A DNA stretch of 63,722 nucleotides, counting the filler, from Reticulomyxa filosa (taxonomy: Eukaryota; Protista; Foraminifera): assembly GCA_000512085.1 (NCBI GenBank). It is 17 parts of 17 records of this genome, joined end to end, with 100 filler letters (N's around TTAATTAATTAA, not from the genome) between each part and the next. Parts side by side here need not be neighbours in the genome. Positions count along the whole stretch, not along the records: positions 51,928 to 55,015 come from ASPP01045070.1; positions 55,116 to 56,488 come from ASPP01027578.1; positions 56,589 to 58,622 come from ASPP01003859.1; positions 58,723 to 63,722 come from ASPP01027858.1; 13 more parts are not named here. One strand, written 5' to 3'. The notes under the pieces were generated by a model. That model had not been told where the DNA came from, did not search any database, and worked only from the letters and a program-made list of their open reading frames with translations. Positions 52,843-63,722 of the stretch are shown here, piece by piece (position 1 is the first letter of the stretch; every line of letters starts with the position of its first letter). A program made the translations under genes and the position numbers.

Positions 52843-54975
52843 TACATATATACATATTTATTTATTTATTTGTTTAATTATGTGCATGTATGCATGTACG
52901 TATATCATGTATGTACGTGTGTCCACATGCACTTACATACTATCAGTGAATGCCTTGTGGCACAAAATCAACGCGCTCAAAGTTTTTTGCATGTCCTGAC
53001 TTTCAGGCGAGGTGACGTCCATGACTAAATCGGGCAACGTCCATACCCTTGTTTCTTTGCTCTCTCCGCCATTGGTGCTGGTGGCACTGGGCGTGATGTC
53101 TTCATCTGCGGTGCGCTGCGAATCAGCGATGGCATTTGGAATGATGACCCGGCGATTGATATTGGAATTGCTGTTGCTATTGCTTCGTGTATGTCTGGAC
53201 ATTGATTCGTGTTTGCCTGTTCTTTTGGTAGACTCATTGGTATCAGTATTATTATTATTATTATTAATGTTGGCATTGTTGCTTCGCTTTGTCTTGGTCG
53301 GACTTGTGACCGACCCACTGCTCCCACTTCGTCGCACCACTCGTGCATGATTAGTTTGTTTGTCCGACCTCGTTGTCGCCGTTGGCAGAGGCTTCAACGG
53401 TGGCAGTTTATTACTGGTCACCGCCTTGGCTCGCTCGGTTCGACCCAATGGTATGTCCGACATTGACTGACTCATCATATGCGTCCACGACTGTTGTTCC
53501 TTTTCGACTTCAAAGTCTGGCCCTATCTCGGCAGTGGCAGTAGCAGTGGCAGTAGCAGTGGCTATGGCTGTGGTTGTGGTTGTAGTAACGACAGTAATAG
53601 CAATAGGTTGGCCGTTGGTAGACAATGGCCTCACTTCGGATTTGACGCGAGTGACAGGCGAAGGCTCGATTTCAATATCCATATCATTGTCAGTGGTCGT
53701 CTCTACTCCAATGGGCGTGGCCGTCATATCGCTATACGATCGACTCAAGCTTTGGTTGTGAACTATCGCGATATTCCAAAATAAAATTGACTGGCGGAGG
53801 CAATGTCGGCGGAGGGGGCACCACTGCAATTGACGGTGTCCACACAGACGTCGACGTCGACGCTGACGTTGCAGGTTGCACTTTGGACTCAATCCAATTC
53901 TCTTCTTTGCTTTTCACATTTCCCGTTTTAATGCCGTCGTTTGACATCACATCTCTTTTGTTGTTGCCTCCGGCAATCGACGGCAGGTTCGCATTCACCG
54001 TGGCCGTCTTGTAGTGCCCTGTGGGCCGATGCGGCAGAGGCGTCTTTCGATCGCGGTCACGGTCACGGTCACGGTCACGGTCGCGGTCACGAGGTCTAAG
54101 GCCGTCTCGCGACAACGCGCTCGAGACTGGAGTGTTATCGTTGCTCGTCGTTTTTTGAATAGAGGGAGATGAGTCCAATTCATCGCCAGAATCGAACGAT
54201 TGATGATTGCCGTCCATTACTCTCAATGCAAACTCACTTTATAATATACATATATATATTATATATATATGTATATGTATATATATAATATATGTATACA
54301 TATTTATTATGCACTTGAAAAACTAAACGTTTGTGGTGTCGGTGGCAATTTTTTTTTCGAAGCGACTCCTCGACAGTGGTATCATTGATGTCAAAGGTAA
54401 GACGCTTGCCTTGCTTCAGATCTTGAAACATTTTGGTTGGTGCTGTGGAACGCTTTCTTTTCTTTTTTATATACATATACACATATATAAATATATTTAT
54501 TCATATATGTATAATGTATATATATATATATATATATGTACATATATAATTTGTTTGCAATACTTTGTAATAAACTAATCAATACAAATATATTTGTGTG
54601 TGTGTGTGTGTATGCACATAATGACAAAACTAAATTCTCCACTCGAATGCTTTGCTTGTCGTTCTTAACGGACAATCTTCCCGTCGCGTTGTCATTGCTG
54701 TCGTGATCGTTAGCGGTGGTGGGATCGATCATGGTCACATCATATTTTTTTTGGGTGGGTACAGGCATGGACACGGAAATGGAGATGGGCAGAGGCGTAA
54801 TGAACTCGCTTGTTTTCGTGTCCCCTTCATTGTCTTCATTTTCATCCGGCATTATCAAATCGTACTCGAGAGACGACCGATTGGCTTGGCTCTCTGCCCT
54901 TCCTGTTGTCGATATCAATTCTGGGGACGAATTTGCTCTCAATAACACGATTCCAGCTTTTGTTATTTGCATTGG
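51976..54975 (-). CDS. Ras guanine nucleotide exchange factor (REM + CDC25 domains), partial and multi-exon
   Basis: LILCHKAFTDS|..RVCNVVRFWMKHYW (REM); DPDDIAQQLTLMDFTLFKQIKAREC..FNSVSKWV..RNFSSFCACHGALNS..KLKQSWE (CDC25). Long low-complexity N-terminus with a frameshift near 53750. Confidence 0.92.
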
Positions 54976-55513
54976 AATAAACACGCACACACATACATAT
55001 ATGTATATGTATATANNNNNNNNNNNNNNNNNNNNNNNNNNNNNNNNNNNNNNNNNNNNTTAATTAATTAANNNNNNNNNNNNNNNNNNNNNNNNNNNNN
55101 NNNNNNNNNNNNNNNTTTCAAATCATCTTGCTAATTTTGCTTTTCAATAATCAAACTCCTTCGAAAGGAGATAAATGCTCTCCTGGTAGGCTTTAATCAA
55201 AGACTTGTACTCAATGGATAGAAATTTAAGGAAATTAAACTCAAATCTTTTTACTTTAAGCCAACTTTATCTTTTTCTCTGATATCAGTGCTTATGTCAA
55301 AAAACAGTTTCTTGAAAATCAAGTTTCAATTGTTGGTTTCCTCAAGCTGTTGACGAAAAGAGAGTTCGAGCTAAAAAAAAAAATTAAAGAAAATGATTTT
55401 TTAAGAAAAAAGATTATAATGATTACTACAGATATTTTTGCAAAACAATAAAATAATAGAAATTTTGAAAGATTTTCAGGTATGTGGTGCTTTGCAAAAT
55501 TGTATCAATTTTT

Positions 55514-56398
55514 TCACAATGCTTTCCACAGCCAAATTTTATCTCTAGAGCATGATAAAATTGTATTACCATCTGGGGCTACATCCACTGCTGTTACCTT
55601 TCGAGGATGTTTTTGCAGTTGTTGTATCTCCACACCCAGAATGATGTCCCACAATCGAACTGTCATATCCACTGAACAAGATACGACAGTGGTGCACATT
55701 GGAATAAACTTGACTCCCAATACCGAATTTGAATGTCCAGTAATGGTTTTGGTTTTTTTTGTCTTTGAGTCCCATATGTGAATTGTTTTATCATATGAAC
55801 AAGAAAGAATGAAACGAGAATCTGGGGAAAATTGTATACTTGTTACATCGTAATAATGAAATTTCAATTTCTCCAATCTATCTCCTGATAATGCATCCCA
55901 AATACAAATGGTTTTGTCACTTGATGACGATACAATTTTCCGACCACAGGACGAAAATTGAATGTCACGTATTACTCCCGAATGTCCAATCAGCCGGTTG
56001 ATTTCTTTTCCTAATATTACATTCCATATTCGAATTATGTTATCCAGTGACCCAGATGCGATCAGTTTCCCGTCTGGTGAAAATTCTGCTCTTGTTACCT
56101 CCGATGTATGACCCTCAAATTTCTTTATTTCCAACCCCAATTTTATATTCCACAATCGCATTGTTGTATCCATTGAACACGATACAATCATATTGCCATT
56201 TGGTGAAAATTGCACATCATTCACTTGACATGAATGCCCTCGAAATACTTGCACTTCTTTTTCTAATGCAATATCCCATATTCGAATTGTCCAATCATAT
56301 GAAGACGAAACAATTTGATTTCCATCAGGTGAGAATCTTGCAATGATTACATTGTCAGAATGTCCTTGAAGAACTTGAAATGGTTTAAAATATTTCAT
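55514..56398 (-). CDS. WD40-repeat protein exon (7 repeats), 5' partial
   Basis: GHSDNVIIARFSPDG..DWTIRIWD and six similar repeats. The exon starts after (TA)n..TGCAG. Confidence 0.92.
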   Translation of the reverse strand: MKYFKPFQVLQGHSDNVIIARFSPDGNQIVSSSYDWTIRIWDIALEKEVQVFRGHSCQVNDVQFSPNGNMIVSCSMDTTMRLWNIKLGLEIKKFEGHTSEVTRAEFSPDGKLIASGSLDNIIRIWNVILGKEINRLIGHSGVIRDIQFSSCGRKIVSSSSDKTICIWDALSGDRLEKLKFHYYDVTSIQFSPDSRFILSCSYDKTIHIWDSKTKKTKTITGHSNSVLGVKFIPMCTTVVSCSVDMTVRLWDIILGVEIQQLQKHPRKVTAVDVAPDGNTILSCSRDKIWLWKAL

Positions 56399-58134
56399 CT
56401 GCACATATATATATGTGTATATGTATATAAATATATATATAAATATATATAAATATATATAAATATATATATATATATTTATATATATNNNNNNNNNNNN
56501 NNNNNNNNNNNNNNNNNNNNNNNNNNNNNNNNTTAATTAATTAANNNNNNNNNNNNNNNNNNNNNNNNNNNNNNNNNNNNNNNNNNNNTAAACTGTCTTC
56601 AGTTTCCGGCTTTTGAGACTGAAAAAGGGATCAGTGACATTCAAAAAGCACTATCTTACAAAGTTCGAATCGATACACTTAATCTTCTCACAAGTCCCAC
56701 AAACGTTACATTCGACTCATCAAACAACTCATATTCTGGCAACACGTAAATGAGCTAAGGCAAGATCATAACAATAACGAAGAAAAGTACAAGTTCGAAC
56801 GTAGGAATTACTTTTCGTCTAGTGAAATAACTAGTTTCAAATGAAAATTCGCTTAGATGCAATGCAAATCTGGATAGCTGACTATTCAACTGTTTTCCTG
56901 ATATTGAGAATAACGAAGATATGTTTTTGTGATCAGTGTAAGAGACGAATTTCATCAACAATAGCGACTCCATTTTTGAACTAGATAAACATAATGTAAA
57001 ATTCTTTTTCGGATTTATGTCAATTTAATTGATGGCAATCAAATTGCTTGTAAATGAATTCGATATACAAGATTACAATGTCTTGATTTTGATAATGCTG
57101 AACCTAATGCTTCGTTAGATGCATCACATTGCAAAATGAATTGCCTATTTTGTATAGGATACATCAACAGTTTCTTTCAATTTTTCAAATCATTGAACTT
57201 ATGTCCATTGACTATTTCGAGTTTTTTCTTCTTAATTTATCAATTCAATTGTTAACACAGCAATATTCAGATGAATTTTACAATCCATTGTATCAGTACT
57301 AAAAATCATTCTAATTGTTTCTTTGTCTTTGGTTTTGATACATTCAGTACTTTGTTAATGCAACTTGGATTTGCTGACACTATATTTGCTATATGACAGA
57401 TCAAGAATAATATTTCCTTTTGAAAATTCACACTTTTCTTTTAATAGCCGTAAGTTGTATTTATAAAAGAGTTATGAATTAGTTTAATTTACTGTGGACT
57501 CATCGCTCACTTAGAGTTCGGCCACCTACAGTAGGGGCTTGCCCTACACGATGAATGACAAGAATTGTTTTTGTCAACGACTTTTAAACTATTGCATGAT
57601 TAAGAGTGCTTGAAATTTTTTGGTTTTAGTTTTTGTTTTGTTCAATTTATTTACAAAGTTGTTACATTAATTTTTTTTTGAACTACTGTGAGTTTATTAT
57701 GCGTAATGCTTTGCATAACTTTTTTTGCACCGATTTTTTTGGAAATTTCTGTGTCACGAAAATTTCATACAAGAATTATTTCGACTTGAAGCAGTTTAGC
57801 AAACATCATTATAACAAACTAATACAAGCGCAAACCAAATGTAAAAATAAATTAATTTAAAAAATTTATTCAAAAAACGCAATGTCCTTGACAAAATTAT
57901 TTTTTGCAGAGTTAATATAACAGATCTTTTCTGGTGAAGATGATATTAAGAGATATACTGTCTAAAGTTATTTTAATATTTACTTTATGATGTATCAATA
58001 ATGATACAATGCATTTTCGCTCTGTATATTCAATTTTTATCACATATGTTTTTCACTTAGTTTGGGGAGTTTTTCGTTAAACAAATATTTCAAAAAGTTT
58101 CCCAGAGCGTTAATTTTGCGGAATAAAATAAAAA

Positions 58135-58507
58135 ATGGAGGCTCAACAAAAATTACACCATGAAGCCTTGATTGAAGAAAATGTGACCGATAATGGGTTC
58201 ATTAAAGCTGAAAAAGAACAAGACACCACAAAAAAGCGATTGTTTCAAAACGTTTCTGATGAAGAAGTAGCAGCAGCTCGCAAAAAAGGAGACACAGACA
58301 CAAAAGATAAGACTGACCAGAAGGGTAATTCCCGTGGCGTCAATGCTCAGGAGCAAGAGTTATGGAGCATTGCCAAAAAAATGTCCACGTCACAAAAGAA
58401 AGTGACAACCTTGCGATTGGTGCAACAATCGCGTCCAGAAAGATCTATTTTGTCCCTGGGTATATTACTGACCTTTATGGGTGCCGGACTGTATTTGTCT
58501 ACTCCTG
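58135..58507 (+). CDS. Hypothetical protein with one transmembrane segment, probably 3' partial
   Basis: A-rich ATG context, charged N-terminus, ILSLGILLTFMGAGLYL, then a probable GTAATC donor. Confidence 0.55.
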
Positions 58508-58576
58508 GTAATCTTTATTAAGTCATTTTGACAAATAAAAAAATGCGTTTAGAAGATGTGAGGTGTAAAGTAGTTG

Positions 58577-58610
<34 letters not shown>

Positions 58611-58769
58611 AAAAAAAAAAAANNNNNNNNNNNNNNNNNNNNNNNNNNNNNNNNNNNNNNNNNNNNTTAATTAATTAANNNNNNNNNNNNNNNNNNNNNN
58701 NNNNNNNNNNNNNNNNNNNNNNAAAAAAAAAAAAAAAAAAAAACTAAATAATTGGTGTTGTTACGGGAA

Positions 58770-59003
58770 TTATGGACAGAAAACCAACCTGATCATTGGA
58801 CCGAATGACATCAATGCCGTTCCAGAGACCAATGAAGTCGAGCAAAAATCAAACAGCAATGACAAGATTAAAGCGGAAGCCGAGAAAATAGAATTAAGTG
58901 ACGATGATGGCCTCGTTCAAAATATACTGGAAAAAGAAAAGTTTGTTTTTACTGCGACAAACCATCACATTAATGGATACCCAAAAAAAAATTCATTGTA
59001 ATC

Positions 59004-59035
<32 letters not shown>

Positions 59036-62000
59036 AGGAATCAAAAAGTATGAATGACGACACAAACAATATACCCAACGAATTCCTTGCGATGAGTCGG
59101 TTGAGCAGCATTCCAAGTGTAGACCCCGCATATATTCTTGTACATCAAACGTTGAACTATCCCCCGGATTTGAAGCTGGAGCAATATTCGCAGTATCGAG
59201 AGCAATATCACCGACGTGAGTCGAGCAAAATCAGACTGCCGTTGTTCAACGACAGTGACAACGACAAAGAGAAAGAAAAAGAAAAAGAAAAAGAAAAAGA
59301 AAACGAAAATGAAAATGAAAATGAAAATGAAAAGGGGATTAAAAGCAAGACGCCACCCAGTGGCAAATATGATATTTTAAGCGAGGAAGAAAAAGAGGAG
59401 AAAATGAACAAGATCTTTTTAATGGGAACTACAGGCCTAACTCCAATCGACGTGGATACCATCGGTGATGGACAATGGATCGAATACCCCATTGCAGTTG
59501 AGTCCATCGAAATTCTTATCCCTCAAATCGAAGTCAACGTGAATGGTAGAGAGTTTCTTGGCGATGTGATTTTGACCAATTTCCGACTGCTTTTGAGATT
59601 GAATCCGGACGAAGCGTCGATGGTTGTATTATTTGCCAGTATTCTAACAGTTTAGTTATCTTTGAGGAGAGGAAAGGGGGGGAAAATAAAACAAAACAAA
59701 AAAAAAAACAGCATTTTTATTTTTGCGTTCGTCCAACACACTTTGACTTGAGCTTATATTGAAATGAAATCAGTTGAGTCGACACAAAGACGGGGCAAGT
59801 GCAAAACATCGAAGTGTGATGAATTTGGGCAAACGCAAAGAGCGACTAAACTCTCCACGCACCAAGTCTCAAGGCGACAATGAGGACTTGAGCAGTTTGA
59901 TGAGCCAAAGCCAATCGATGCTGAAACAAACATTTGGCATGAAAGACGCGAAGCAAGAAAGTGTCAGCGGCGACGATATTTTGGCCATCACGTGCAAAGA
60001 TGCTCGATACATTGAGTTGATTGCCCGACGAAACATCATTAACAAGGTGGAGACAGTAGGCACTCCTTATGACTCGGAGACATATGCGAGTTACGACGGC
60101 ATTGGCAAAGAGAAGCGGTATACGTTCAAACTGATTCCCAAAAAAAGGGATGTCAAAAACAAAAATGAGTACATCAACACGCCAAATGAAGGACAAATGT
60201 TTGATGAAAATTACGTGCAAAAGAGCATTTGTCTGTTGGAATTGTACAAACGATTAAATGATCATATGATCAATGATCCCTTTTCTTGCGATTTGTCTTT
60301 CACATTTTGTCAAGCTGTGACCACGGGCACAGACAATAATCTCATTTCCACTTCTATTCCCACTCCCATTCCCAATGCTTGTTGGGATGTGTTCGACTGG
60401 CAAGAGGAATTTGTTCGCCAAAAGGTCCCTTTCACCAAATGGAGACGCTGCACGTGCAATCAGAACTACGATATTTGTCCAAGCTATCCAAGCATTTTTT
60501 ACGTGCCCACAAGTGTGACTGACGAGCTGGTTAAAAAGGCCGCCAAATTCCGAAGCAAAGGACGACTTGCTGTGCTGACGTACTATCACGAACCTTCCCG
60601 CAACACGATTGTGCGATGTGCCCAGCCCAATCGTGGCGTCTTTGACAAAGAGTCGATGGCCGACAAAGAGTACTTTGAAGTCATACGTGTCACCTGTGGC
60701 GCCAATGCCGAATTAGTCTTTTTCGATGCCAGAAGTGAAGCTGCTGCACATGCAAACAGATTACGAGTTTTGATAGCATCACCATTTTTCTTTGTTTGTT
60801 TGTTTGTTTTTTATTAGTATTATTATTATTATTATTATTATTATTGTGGGTAAAGAAGTATGAATGTAATTCTTCATTTTTGGTGGCGCATTATGTGTAT
60901 GTATACGTATACATGTATGTATGTATTGGGGGGGGGGGGGACTTGACGTGTACGTAGGGACATGGTACTGAATCCTCCAGTTGGTACACAAAGTCGAAAA
61001 TTGTATTTTTGGATATCGATAACATTCATGCCATGCGCAATTCGTTCGATGAACTTTGTCGAGCCTCCACCAGTCCATCTGTGGATGAGGCCAATTGGTT
61101 CTCTGCCATTTCCAAAACGGTATGGCCTTCTCACGTCCGAAGAGTATTGAGTGGTGCATCTCTTATCGCACGACGCATTGTTGAAACAGTTATTGTGTTT
61201 TGCTTTTTTTTTTTTACATATTGTACTTGTTCATTTATTTCAAACCAAACTCAAATTACATATGAACATCTCTCATCAGAGCAATTTAGCTGCTGTCATT
61301 CATTGCTCGGACGGATGGGATCGTACAGCGCAATTATCATCATTGGCCCAGATTCTTATCGATCCCTTCTGCCGCACTATTCGTGGCTTCATTATGCTTA
61401 TTGAAAAAGAGTGGATTGCACTTGGCCACAAATTCATGGACAGAAATGGAACCATTCCAAAACCGGAAGAAAGATCACCCATTTTCTTCCAATTCTTAGA
61501 ATGCGTGTGGCAAATTATTCAACAATTCCCTGAGGAATTTGAATTTGACGTCAAGTTTTTAATTCGATTGGCGGATCATCACCAATCCCATTGGTTCGGC
61601 AACTTTTTATTTAATTCAGAAAAAGAAAGAGTGGACAATCGCGTTAAAGAAAGATGCTTGTCATTGTGGTCATGGCCCGTTGAACCAAGTGATCGATATA
61701 ATCCACAGCCCTCAAAAAAAGTTACACTTGAGTGAACTTAAGTTCCCAAACAATACTTCATTTTTTTTGTTCGTTCAACCTCGATAATGTTTTTGATTGA
61801 CTTGTAACATCGACCTCACGTATACACTACACCTAACAAATAGCACTTAAAACTTGTCATTACTCCTACTAATATGCCGCTCATCTTTAGCGATTTCTTT
61901 TTGAGATATGATATGTTGGAAGATGTAAATACTCGAATGACGGAGACACAAAGTCACGCTCATGTTATGTCACTGCCTACAAACATCAATTCCAACGTCA

Positions 62001-62233
62001 CAAGTTGTGCCGATTGCCAGCTGCCTTTTACCTTTTGGCGAACTCGTCATACTTGCCGCAGCTGTACTGGTGTATTTTGCAAAAAATGTTCATCCAGTAA
62101 ATTACCATTGGAAGGGTATGCCAAGCCTCAACGTGTTTGCGATAAGTGCTACAGAGAACACAAAAAATACACCAAAAAGCAATGGCCAGAACAACTGTAT
62201 GCAGAAATTAAAAAACGAAAAGAAAAAAACTAA
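58770..62233 (+). CDS. Myotubularin-related phosphoinositide 3-phosphatase with C-terminal FYVE-like finger, multi-exon and 5' partial
   Basis: GDVILTNFRL (GRAM-like), CPSYP, FRSKGRL, RCAQP, DARS..AN, IDNIHAMRNS, HCSDGWDRT active site, IEKEW..GHKF, SPIFFQFLECV, and FYVE-like CADC..RHTCRSC..FCKKC..RVCDKC. Confidence 0.95.
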
Positions 62234-63722
62234 CTGCATATTTAGACCAAATTGTCTTTTTTCGTTGTTTTTATTATGTTTGGCTTTTTTTTTGTGTTTT
62301 TATATTTGCTTGTTATTGCTCTTTTGTTATTGTGTTTTGGTGCGTTTTTCACGAAAGAGTTGTATTTAAAAAATATTACCTTCATTTTTTTGTGCAACAT
62401 TTCATTGTTGAATGCCATATTTTGGGCAAGGATTAGTTTGAAAATAATTAATACTTTGTTTTAGGAAATTTACACACGTTTTTTTCTTTTAAATTGATTA
62501 AAAGTCTCTATTAAAAAGTTATTTGAAATTGCAAGATTTTTCGTGTTTTGATCCAACTGTTAATATCAACAAACGTTTTGAAGATAACAAACAGCAGAAA
62601 GATAGTTGAAAATTAGAAAGTTCATAACATCAATATAGACTCTAATTAAAAAATTACAAACATCATTGAAAGCTTACATTTTCGAATATGTTTTATTTTT
62701 TATACGCTGATCACAATTGGTTACGATAGCCTTGTTTTATTGTTCATCTCTTGGTTTCACACTGCATACAATAATGAATTCTCACATGGTCTTAGGATCT
62801 TGTTTATCACTACATACAAAGTTAGACAAAACAAAAGAGTGCAAATGAAACGTTACACAAAGTACAAAAAAGGATACCACATTAGAAATCCATAATGATC
62901 TTTAATCTTTGTTCATGTCATTTGTTGGAATTTCTTTGCCAGCGACAGATTGTATGTTGGGTCAGGTCATATGTTTTGTAAATGGCACACTTTCAATAAT
63001 GATTATCAATACAGTCAAACAACAAACGCATTGTTGAAATTAGCATTTATGTTCTGTATAACATTATTGATCATACAAATACACAACATGCGTATCACAT
63101 ACACATATATGAATAGTTAATAACTATTTACATCAGCTTATTTTTGTAAGAAAGAAAGTCTTGAATGCTGAATGATTTAATTTTTGAAGACTTGGATTTA
63201 ACGACAGAACATGTAGAATTAACAGATTTGTATTATTATGTAAGAAATTTCAAGACAACAAAATGATTAAAGACACACTAAAAGATAAAGTGTAAGCATA
63301 ATCAATGTAAAAGTACTTATTATTCAAGATATATTCACAATATATTAATTTGGTACAATTGCACGATCAAATAAAAAACTGATATTTGTTGGAAGAAATG
63401 AAAAATATGTTGAATGATTCGAAAATGATAACAAGCGACAATAAACACTTGCAAGATATATCAATGTCACTAGCATCAAATTAAATAATAAAAAAGATAC
63501 TGAAATACATTATATTGAAGAAAAAACTCATATACACAAATGGTAAATATATAAATAGAATATATTTTCTTCGTAAATAATAAACATTTAATACTAATTT
63601 TATAAAAAAATATACAAATAGTAGTTTTTAAATATAAATTTTTTAAATGTATGTTTAATTGTTTTTTTTAATTTTTGGTTACAGTATGTTGCAAAGAAAA
63701 CTGAACGCATAAAACATATATT

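Noticed and set aside
56589-57420. Possible HEAT-repeat pseudogene on minus
   Set aside because: Coding-like composition but many stops and no confident motif.
3790-58722. Regularly recurring TTAATTAATTAA flanked by Ns as a repeat array or processing signal
   Set aside because: Fixed 44+12+44 format with six-frame stops identifies it as an artificial concatenation linker.
40207-62233. Apparent gene cluster (sirtuin, hydrolase, MutS, lipase, HAD, RasGEF) as a defence or metabolic system
   Set aside because: Each gene is on a separate contig, so the adjacency is artificial.

Overview
This window is not one locus. It is 17 short contigs joined by 16 artificial 100-nt linkers (N44-TTAATTAATTAA-N44), so adjacency across linkers is meaningless and ORFs containing X are artefacts. 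Sixteen pieces come from an AT-rich, intron-containing protist. Expanded WD40 and kelch-like families carrying an 'IIQHWIRILKIKLGWINDF' motif, poly-Asn tracts and microsatellite-filled introns suggest a Reticulomyxa filosa-like foraminiferan (inference). Recognisable genes: CPSF3/CPSF73, NDOR1/Tah18, a class IV sirtuin, an ABHD17-like hydrolase, a MutS homolog, a class-3 lipase, a RasGEF, a myotubularin-FYVE protein, a RING/TRAF-Zn/WD40 protein and several WD40 genes. One contig (50618-51827) is GC-rich bacterial DNA. The 18-kb contig 12171-30133 is a graveyard of an RNase H-bearing non-LTR retrotransposon family, kelch pseudogenes and an inverted pair of ~2.5-kb composite repeats. The most interesting observations are (i) decay of repeats by in-place inversions and microhomology-bounded deletions, (ii) a short motif shared by the N-terminus of WD40 and the C-terminus of kelch proteins that may be an undescribed E3-adaptor box, and (iii) unusual splice-site architecture.
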